Below are positions 8,353 through 14,899 of a stretch of DNA of 14,899 nucleotides, one piece after another (within the stretch, counting starts at the first letter, position 1; every line of letters starts with the position of its first letter). The stretch lies in assembly GCA_965649055.1 (NCBI GenBank), contig CBFGJG010000045.1, forward strand, positions 1 to 14,899. Reading direction: 5' to 3'. This DNA comes from a candidate division WOR-3 bacterium (GTDB taxonomy: Bacteria; Hydrothermota; UBA3072; B12-G15). Below the pieces are notes generated by a model, which was given only the letters and a program-made list of their open reading frames with translations, was not told the origin of the DNA and searched no databases. The position numbers and the translations under genes are program-made.

Positions 8353-10983
8353 ATAATATTCATACCGAAAAGGACTAACCTCTTCGCATCTTACTGAAAA
8401 ATTATCCCTTTCATAAAAACCTTTGACAAAAACAATATCACCTATATTGATATTCAGACCTTCAAGGATATACGGGAATAAAACAACTTCAATAACACCT
8501 GTCTCATCGTCTATTGTTAGAAAACACATCTTTTTACCGTTCATTGTATATATAACCCTCATCCCTATAACCCTTCCATAGACCTGAACATCATCTTCTA
8601 TATCAATTATCCTCATATTCCTTTCGATATTTAAAACAGGATGATACCTTGAAAATGCTAATGCTTCCATTTCCTGCAAAAAATAATCGTTCTTTAATTC
8701 ACCCTTAAATTTTTTACCTGTATAAAGCAGAGAGAACATCTCCTCCCTTGAAATATTAAAACTATCAAAAGCACCTGATTTTATAATGTATTCACATTCC
8801 CTTTCATCTGGATTCACCTTCTTTAAGAAATCACAGAAATCCCTGAATGGTCTTGAATAGGCTATTTTTTTATATGTATTCTCTTTAATGAATTTGATAA
8901 AACCAAGACCTGTAAGAAGTTTATTATCTTTTATCTTGAATCCCCACTCACTCTCATTTATATCCGGAAGAATAACATCTATTCCGCATCTCCTTGCTTC
9001 CTCTATTATCGCAAAATAAGGATAGTATCCACCTCCACCATTTAAAACACCTTTAAAGAATTCAAGTGGTGTATAAATTTTTGAAAACATTGAAAGATAC
9101 GCAAGATATGCATAACTTATGCTGTGTGCCTTATTAAATCCATACCTTGTGAAATTCTCCAATCTTTCCCAGACTTCTTCTATATTTTCCCTCCCGAGTT
9201 TTTTTGCCCTCTCAAAGAATATCCCTTTCAGTTTCTCTGTTTCTTTGCCTCTTTCCTTTGTTAGAATCCTTCTATATCTTTCTGCCTCATTATCAGTAAA
9301 ACCTGCAAATACCTTCAATGTTTCGATAGCCTGTTCCTGATAGATAAAAACACCAAGGGTCTCTGATAGTGTATCTTTCAGTATTTCAGGATATCTTACC
9401 TCTTCCTTATTAAGTCTTCTTAAAAGATAATGTTCCTTGTATCCACCATCCTTTGCACCAGGTCTTATCAATGCAAGTGCAATACCAAGTTCCTCAATCG
9501 TTTCAGGTTTCATCTTCATAAGGAGCTGCCTCATTGGTGGACTTTCTATCTGGAATGCACCTATTGTCTTACCTTCTGATATCGCATTAAAAACATTCTC
9601 ATCATATATATCATCTGTCTTCTTCAGATTTATCAATGCAGAAAAACCACGGACACCAAGTATATCAAGTTTTATAAATCCCATCTTCTCAACAGCATCT
9701 TTATCACCATTCAACACATAAAATCCATCTTCTTCCCTTACAGGAATCCTTTCATATACCTTTTTATCTGACAATGCGATTGCAGATGGATGCCTTGAAA
9801 TGTAAGAAGGTTTACCAACAATCCTTAAGGAAAGTTCTTTTATCTCTTGATCGAGTATTTCTTTATTCCCTAAAATTGATGGTGGAAAACCTATTATCCT
9901 TTCTATCATCCTTATAGATGAACGTAATTCAAATCTGTTAACCACAGATACAAATCCACAGAATTCTTTACCCTTCATTCTTTTTATAAACTCAAAGACT
10001 TCATCCCTTCTTCTAAAATCAACATCTATATCAATATCAGGAAGGTCATCCCTGCCAGTATTTAAAAATCTTTCAAATGGGATTTTAAACCTTACCGGAT
10101 TCACCCTGGAAATACCAAAAAGATAAAGTATAAAAGAACCTGCTGCTGAACCACGGACATTTGACATTATGTTTTTTTCGGTCAGGAAATCAGATAGATT
10201 TTTGACCAAAATAAAATAACCTGATATATTTTTTTCTCTTATTATCTTAAACTCATACTCTGCCCTTTTTAACTCTTCATCTTTTAGATTCTTGCCTTTT
10301 ATGAAGTCATAAAGTTCTTCATTATCCTTTTCTGATGATAAAAATACCAAAGGTTTTTCAAATGGTGAAAAATTTATCCTTTCTGCCAGTTCAAATGTGT
10401 TTCTTAATGAATCTTCCGGAAATCTTCTCATCTCTTCATTTGCCTTAAGATGATTATCAATATTCAATACCTTAAAAATCCTTTTTTGTCTTATTGAATC
10501 TATTATTGAATGAATGTATATATCTTCTTTCCTTGCATACAGGATCTTCGGGACTGCAATTATCTTAACACCTTCCGGATAGAAACTATCAGGATGCTCA
10601 ACACCATAATAAACAGGGACATTTTCATTATTCAGTTTCTCATAATTTCTTATATCAAAGACAATAAAGATAAGGCCTTCTTTCTCAAAATCCTTATCCG
10701 AAAGTAGTCTCGAATAATTTATATATCCTTTCTCGTTTTCAAAGTAGACAATACATTTAAATGGTTTTTCTACCTCAGCACCTGTAATTAGTTTAAAACC
10801 TTTATCTTTAAAAAAACTATAAAAATCACAGGCACCATAGAAATTATTGTCAACAATACCAATCGCATATGAACCTATCTCTGAAATCCGAACTGCGTAT
10901 TCTTCACAGCTTGAAGAACCAGCTCCGTATTCAGTGTGAACACGAAGGGGTATGTAGTTTGAATATCCCATCATCCTCTTCAT
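8311..10983 (-). CDS. dnaE2: Compact error-prone DNA polymerase III alpha paralog (DnaE2-like)
   Basis: Motifs RGSAAGS, FERFLN, PDIDID, KLDILG, FQIESP, ALIRPG, YQEQ and YGFNKAHS, plus HhH and a C-terminal OB fold (MCFLTIDDETGVIEVVLFP). The PHP domain is degenerate. Position in a lexA-dinB operon supports the DnaE2 rather than replicative DnaE assignment. The start could be 10983, 10974 or 10971. Confidence 0.85.
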   Translation of the reverse strand: MKRMMGYSNYIPLRVHTEYGAGSSSCEEYAVRISEIGSYAIGIVDNNFYGACDFYSFFKDKGFKLITGAEVEKPFKCIVYFENEKGYINYSRLLSDKDFEKEGLIFIVFDIRNYEKLNNENVPVYYGVEHPDSFYPEGVKIIAVPKILYARKEDIYIHSIIDSIRQKRIFKVLNIDNHLKANEEMRRFPEDSLRNTFELAERINFSPFEKPLVFLSSEKDNEELYDFIKGKNLKDEELKRAEYEFKIIREKNISGYFILVKNLSDFLTEKNIMSNVRGSAAGSFILYLFGISRVNPVRFKIPFERFLNTGRDDLPDIDIDVDFRRRDEVFEFIKRMKGKEFCGFVSVVNRFELRSSIRMIERIIGFPPSILGNKEILDQEIKELSLRIVGKPSYISRHPSAIALSDKKVYERIPVREEDGFYVLNGDKDAVEKMGFIKLDILGVRGFSALINLKKTDDIYDENVFNAISEGKTIGAFQIESPPMRQLLMKMKPETIEELGIALALIRPGAKDGGYKEHYLLRRLNKEEVRYPEILKDTLSETLGVFIYQEQAIETLKVFAGFTDNEAERYRRILTKERGKETEKLKGIFFERAKKLGRENIEEVWERLENFTRYGFNKAHSISYAYLAYLSMFSKIYTPLEFFKGVLNGGGGYYPYFAIIEEARRCGIDVILPDINESEWGFKIKDNKLLTGLGFIKFIKENTYKKIAYSRPFRDFCDFLKKVNPDERECEYIIKSGAFDSFNISREEMFSLLYTGKKFKGELKNDYFLQEMEALAFSRYHPVLNIERNMRIIDIEDDVQVYGRVIGMRVIYTMNGKKMCFLTIDDETGVIEVVLFPYILEGLNINIGDIVFVKGFYERDNFSVRCEEVSPFRYEYYGSHRLSLRKDSAT

Positions 10984-12106
10984 ATATATTCTTCATATTT
11001 GAGATAATCAAAGGATGTATCGCATTGAAACCGAATTTTTCACGAACCTTATATATCGCTTCTTCTAATTTTTCCTTCTTTTCGTCCATAAATATTGGTC
11101 TTGTATTCGTCAGCTCCTCAAACCTTACCCCAATAAGACGAACAAACCTTGTGACCATACTTTTAAGCAATTCCTTCGCAACAGGGAATATATCTTTTGA
11201 TAAATCTGTTGGTTTTATACGAGAACCTTTTGTTATTGTTCTAAAATCAGAAAACCTTACCTTCACAACCACCCTTCCCGTAAACAGTTTCTCTTCCCTC
11301 AATTCCTTCAGAGACCTTTCAATCAGGTAATAAAGAATTGGTAGAAGATAATCTATATCTGCTGTATCTTTATAAAGTGTTGTCTCACGACCTATTGATT
11401 TCCTTTTGTATTCTATCTTAAAACCATCATCAAATATGCTCTCAATCACATTGATTCCATTCCTGTCAATGATTGATGATATAACTGATTTCTCAAGTTT
11501 AAATAGTTCCCCCAAATAGTTTATACCCATATTTTTCAACCTTTGAATATTCTCATTACCAAATCCCTTTATCTTTGATAAAGGAAAATCTTCAAGAAAA
11601 TCCATAGTTTCTTCTTTCTTTATATGAATAAGCCCATCAGGTTTTACAGTTGAAGCAGCCATCTTTGCTATCATCTTTGTGATTCCTATACCGATAGTTA
11701 TACTTAAACCTGTTTTATCTTTCACTTTCTCCTTCACATTCTTACCGAATGTTAAAGGTTCACCAAAAAGCCTATTAAGACCATCAATATTAAGATATGC
11801 CTCATCTATTGATGCTATATAAACATCGGGCGAGAACGACATAAGTACATTATGGAATCTTTCAGAAAGTTCCGAATACCATCTGAAATCACCAGAAAGA
11901 AATATGCAATCAGGGCATATCTTTCTTGCAAGGAATAAAGGCATACCTGAATGAACACCATATTTTCTTGCCTCATAAGTACAGGATGCAACAACACCCC
12001 TCGATTTCCCATCACCACCAACGATAACAGGTTTTCCTTTAAGTTTACTATCTTTTAAAACCTCTGCCTGAGCAAAGAATGCATCTATATCACAGAACAT
12101 TATCAT
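10931..12106 (-). CDS. dinB: DNA polymerase IV (Y-family) with intact catalytic motifs
   Basis: CDIDAFFA, GKPVIVGG...RGVVASCTYEARKYGV.SGMP, SIDEAY, K..AKMA...KPDG, KSIGRETT, little finger VKVRFSDF, and tail E.I..VREKFG. ATGA overlap with lexA. Confidence 0.93.
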   Translation of the reverse strand: MIMFCDIDAFFAQAEVLKDSKLKGKPVIVGGDGKSRGVVASCTYEARKYGVHSGMPLFLARKICPDCIFLSGDFRWYSELSERFHNVLMSFSPDVYIASIDEAYLNIDGLNRLFGEPLTFGKNVKEKVKDKTGLSITIGIGITKMIAKMAASTVKPDGLIHIKKEETMDFLEDFPLSKIKGFGNENIQRLKNMGINYLGELFKLEKSVISSIIDRNGINVIESIFDDGFKIEYKRKSIGRETTLYKDTADIDYLLPILYYLIERSLKELREEKLFTGRVVVKVRFSDFRTITKGSRIKPTDLSKDIFPVAKELLKSMVTRFVRLIGVRFEELTNTRPIFMDEKKEKLEEAIYKVREKFGFNAIHPLIISNMKNIYEEDDGIFKLHTPSCSH

Positions 12107-12657
12107 ATAAACTTCCTTATAACACCCTTCACCTTACCTATTATCTCAAAATCCCCTTCTATATCCTTGTATTTATCGTTCTCGGGAGATAAAACATATC
12201 TTCCATTTTTAAGTTTTAATCTTTTAACCGTGAATTCATCATTTAACCTTGCAACAACAATATCACCCGGTTCTGCATTTTCCTGTGGCTTCACAATCAC
12301 ATAATCACCATCCTGAATATGTGCTTTTATCATACTATCACCTGTAACCTTCAAAAGAAAGCAACCTTCAAAAGATGAAATATCAATATAACCTTCAATA
12401 TTCTCATAACTTAATAAAGGCTTACCAGCAGGAACCCTGCCAAGGACAGGTAAACCGACCAAAACAGGATAAATCCCCCTTGCCTTTCCCTTTTCTTTTT
12501 TAATAAGCCCTTCTTTCACAAGATTATCAATATGAACCTTAACAGCCTTTGTACTTGAAAAACCAAGGGATTTTGCAATTTCCCTTATTGTAGGTGGAAT
12601 CCTGTTTTTCTCATAAAAACCCTTTATAAACCCATATACCCTTTTCCTCGTCTCCAT
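12103..12657 (-). CDS. lexA: LexA SOS repressor
   Basis: Winged HTH with PPTIREIA...GFSS and ARGI, Ala-Gly cleavage site (GRVPAGKP), catalytic Ser (GDSM) and Lys (TVKR). GGAGG RBS at 12662-12666. Confidence 0.96.
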   Translation of the reverse strand: METRKRVYGFIKGFYEKNRIPPTIREIAKSLGFSSTKAVKVHIDNLVKEGLIKKEKGKARGIYPVLVGLPVLGRVPAGKPLLSYENIEGYIDISSFEGCFLLKVTGDSMIKAHIQDGDYVIVKPQENAEPGDIVVARLNDEFTVKRLKLKNGRYVLSPENDKYKDIEGDFEIIGKVKGVIRKFI

Positions 12658-12667
12658 AAATCCTCCC

Positions 12668-12685
12668 TGTAAACATTTGTTTACA
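12668..12685. promoter_or_regulatory. Candidate LexA operator TGTAAACA-TT-TGTTTACA
   Basis: Perfect 8-bp inverted repeat with a 2-bp spacer, lying between the predicted -10 and the lexA RBS. Its core AAAC-N4-GTTT has the geometry of the GAAC-N4-GTTC box. Confidence 0.8.
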
Positions 12686-12690
12686 TATAT

Positions 12691-12718
12691 AATTTATAAA
12701 GATTTTTTGATTTGTCAA
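12691..12718 (-). promoter_or_regulatory. Sigma70-type promoter for lexA-dinB-dnaE2
   Basis: TTGACA (12718-12713), 16-bp spacer, TAAATT (12696-12691). Confidence 0.65.
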
Positions 12719-12763
12719 GGGGTGAATGAAAAATTGATTTCTTATGGTGAGTGGGTAATGAAT

Positions 12764-13429
12764 TTAATTGTCAAAATCGAGAAAATATATTATCTCTTCG
12801 TCTAATTTTTCTAAATCAATTAATACCTTTTCTCTTCTTGGTTTACCATCTGCGTTTCTGAAATCTCTCTGAAATGAACCGCATTTTATTAATAACTTGT
12901 CATCTATCTTAATAAAGGAAATCTGTTTTAAATTAAATTCTACTTTTCTCAATCTTGACCAAGCGCCTCTTTTAATCCTTTCTAACTCATATTTTGATTT
13001 GCCACCTTTTAACTTTTCATGCCATTTCTGGAAACTCCTTCGTTCATCATTGTATTCTACTTTTCCCATAGCAAGAATTAAGCCAACGCAACCATATTTT
13101 TTTATTGCAGTTGCCGTAGCTTCGCTATCATTAACTATAATCTGATGACTACTTGTATTAATAGCATGTGATTTAAAATCCCAAGGAACTTCTTTAAACC
13201 CATCAAATTTTACATTTCCAAATTTTGGTCCCGGAAATTTCATAATTTCTCTTAAAAGATTCTCACATAGAAATTGGAAATAAAACCCTATCCATTCCAT
13301 TTGCTTCCATTGGTTAAAATTGGCATTTTTCATCTCTAAAATAGATTCTTTACCATCCCATCTTTTCTTAATTTTTAAAAGTCTTTCAGAAATTTCCACT
13401 GATAGATTTAAAAATTTATTTTTGTTCAT
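12764..13429 (-). CDS. Putative type II restriction endonuclease (PD-(D/E)xK-like, family not recognised)
   Basis: Starts 1 bp after the MTase stop. Candidate catalytic pattern: MEW.GFYFQ (Glu helix) ... FDGF....WDFKSH. Basic 221-aa protein. Confidence 0.6.
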   Translation of the reverse strand: MNKNKFLNLSVEISERLLKIKKRWDGKESILEMKNANFNQWKQMEWIGFYFQFLCENLLREIMKFPGPKFGNVKFDGFKEVPWDFKSHAINTSSHQIIVNDSEATATAIKKYGCVGLILAMGKVEYNDERRSFQKWHEKLKGGKSKYELERIKRGAWSRLRKVEFNLKQISFIKIDDKLLIKCGSFQRDFRNADGKPRREKVLIDLEKLDEEIIYFLDFDN

Positions 13430-13430
13430 A

Positions 13431-14276
13431 TTATATAATAGCGTTATTCTTTCGCCATAAATTAAATTTCAACTCTTCATTAATTTCTTTATTGAAAAGG
13501 TAATATTCCAATAAGTGTTTAAAAACGACTTTGCCGTTAGGATTTAGGTCTCCAATAATAAAGTTTCTTTTTAACATATATGAAACTACACCTACCATTC
13601 CACTCCCACAAAGTGGGTCAAAAATTAAATCATTTTCATTAGAAAAGTGTTCTAACAGGCATTGTAGTAATTTAAATGGCAATCGTGTTGGATATTTAGG
13701 CATATTCACCTTGTAATCCCTTTTAAAAATTAATGTTGAAAGATTTGGCTCACCGCTTTGACAATGTTCTGTTTCACATCTATTATTGAATGTCCATTTT
13801 TCTGTCTTCGTGATCCAGTATATTTCATATACATTATGGGAGGTTTTCTTTCTACAAACAGGTGCAAAATTATAAACCCAGTATAACTTTCCTCTTAATT
13901 TTACTTCTTTAAATTTTATTATTTCGTTATGAATAATATTGCTATTATTCCATCCAGAAAAAATAAGAGCTTGTCCATTCTCTTTTAAATTTCTAATAAT
14001 GCTATTTAACAATTCTCTGATTTTATTACCATATTCAGTAAGATTCCATTCTATATAACCATCCACAACATTCTCTACATTTCTATGATAGTTAGTATTT
14101 TTTCCACTAAATTCTATACCAAATGGGGGGTCTGTGATTATTAGATCTGCATTAACATTTATCCAATCCTTCATATCCTTAATAAAAAATTTATCCAATA
14201 ATTGATTAATATTTTTTTCCTTTTCATTTTTATTTTCAAAAAGATTTAGTTTTTGATTTTCTATTTTATTTCTCAT
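13431..14276 (-). CDS. Beta-class amino (N6-A/N4-C) DNA methyltransferase
   Basis: Motif IV DLIITDPPF precedes motif I IFDPLCGSG. YPT.LP corresponds to HPT.KP, and FIIGDLN is motif II. Confidence 0.88.
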   Translation of the reverse strand: MRNKIENQKLNLFENKNEKEKNINQLLDKFFIKDMKDWINVNADLIITDPPFGIEFSGKNTNYHRNVENVVDGYIEWNLTEYGNKIRELLNSIIRNLKENGQALIFSGWNNSNIIHNEIIKFKEVKLRGKLYWVYNFAPVCRKKTSHNVYEIYWITKTEKWTFNNRCETEHCQSGEPNLSTLIFKRDYKVNMPKYPTRLPFKLLQCLLEHFSNENDLIFDPLCGSGMVGVVSYMLKRNFIIGDLNPNGKVVFKHLLEYYLFNKEINEELKFNLWRKNNAII

Positions 14277-14312
14277 AATTTTTTTTGAATTTTAAATAAT
14301 TAGTTTTATTAA

Positions 14313-14340
14313 AATATACTATTGAATTTTCTAATGTCAA
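14313..14340 (-). promoter_or_regulatory. Sigma70-type promoter for the MTase-REase pair
   Basis: TTGACA (14340-14335), 16-bp spacer, TATATT (14318-14313). Confidence 0.6.
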
Positions 14341-14433
14341 GTTTAATATTTTTAGATTTTGGAAAAGATCATGCACATGGTGGAAAGTCTTACCTTTATG
14401 TCTTCCCTTTCGGTGGAAGAAAATGTTTTAATC

Positions 14434-14898
14434 CTATCTAACTATATTTTTCCATTTATTCTGTGTAATAACTTCACCCCCTAAAACCATTATCTTTGAG
14501 ACCTTTCTTGGTTCTGGATATTCTATTCTCAAAAAATATATCCCTTCCTTTGTTCTTAAATAATTTTCTATCTCTTTTTTCCCTTTATATTTTATCAATG
14601 GTCTCCCAATCTCATCAAATAATGAAAAGATTAACCCATCTTTGAATGGTGAAACTTCATTCTCACATTCTCCACATCCATTCTCTAATAAAGTTACTCT
14701 AAAGTTTTCTGGTTCCGGACTAATTAAACATCTAAACGAAAAATCTTCTGTGCATCTTGAGCCAACAATCTGTCCATTCTTATACCAATAAACACATATA
14801 CGTCCTTTTGCCCTATGCCCGCCTGTGTAATCTGTTGAAACATTTAAAGTCATCTGCCTTTTAACAGGTTTTACTGTCGCTTTCTCCCATTTTCCGGT
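14434..14898 (-). CDS. 3' part of a hypothetical, probably secreted protein with a T9SS type-A-like C-terminal domain; 5'-truncated by the window edge
   Basis: The frame is open to the right edge (TGKWEKATVKPVKRQ-M14853). A Cys-containing beta region is followed by IFSLFDEIGR...GIYFLRIE.......KIMVL, which resembles Por-secretion tails. Confidence 0.55.
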   Translation of the reverse strand, partial: TGKWEKATVKPVKRQMTLNVSTDYTGGHRAKGRICVYWYKNGQIVGSRCTEDFSFRCLISPEPENFRVTLLENGCGECENEVSPFKDGLIFSLFDEIGRPLIKYKGKKEIENYLRTKEGIYFLRIEYPEPRKVSKIMVLGGEVITQNKWKNIVR

Positions 14899-14899
14899 A

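Noticed and set aside
361..8363. Minus-strand ORFs 361-567, 1481-1693, 2818-3027, 3162-3452, 3531-4001, 4582-4935, 4641-4826 and 8178-8363
   Set aside because: They are antisense shadows of well-supported genes, with Phe/Ser/Ile- or His-rich compositions expected from the reverse of Lys/Glu/Asp-rich coding DNA and no recognisable motifs.
10931..12106. Annotation as ImuB
   Set aside because: The catalytic motifs DIDAFFA, YEAR and SIDE are intact, so this is DinB-like rather than an inactive ImuB.
12717..12737. AAGGGGTGAATGAAAAATTGA on the + strand, resembling an RBS plus start of a divergent gene remnant
   Set aside because: It gives only a 3-codon ORF with no further support, and cannot be distinguished from chance.
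9119..13716. ORFs 9119-9340, 9437-9721, 10510-10707, 10869-11330, 12897-13145 and 13531-13716 (+), and 11815-12021 (-)
   Set aside because: All are nested within dnaE2, dinB, the REase or the MTase. None has motifs or resembles ImuA.
1..14899. Prophage, IS or integrative element carrying the SOS cassette
   Set aside because: No integrase, transposase, phage structural gene, tRNA or att-like long repeat was recognised. The repressor has typical LexA rather than phage CI features.

Overview
AT-rich bacterial window with a Lys/Glu/Ile-rich proteome. A T9SS-like C-terminal tail and DUF3857-type proteins suggest an FCB-superphylum or WOR-3-like lineage (inference only). The + strand (1-8280) is a tightly coupled five-gene run: a partial DUF3857/DUF3858-type protein, a DUF3857 lipoprotein with an apparently inactive transglutaminase-like core, a DxxGNDxY-repeat plus HEAT protein, an HD-GYP plus TPR protein, and an 8-oxoguanine deaminase-like amidohydrolase. 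It converges on a - strand lexA-dinB-dnaE2 cassette. The cassette has no imuA, a Pol IV with intact catalytic motifs, a compact DnaE2 with a degenerate PHP domain, and a perfect TGTAAACA-N2-TGTTTACA palindrome as candidate LexA operator. A degenerate inverted REP-like doublet lies at the convergence point and encodes the DnaE2 C-terminus and stop codon. Upstream of lexA are a putative type II R-M pair (beta-class MTase plus an unrecognised PD-(D/E)xK-like protein) and the 3' end of a gene with a T9SS-like tail. By manual scan, GATC is rare and CTAG is absent. No rRNA, tRNA, CRISPR array or transposase was recognised.
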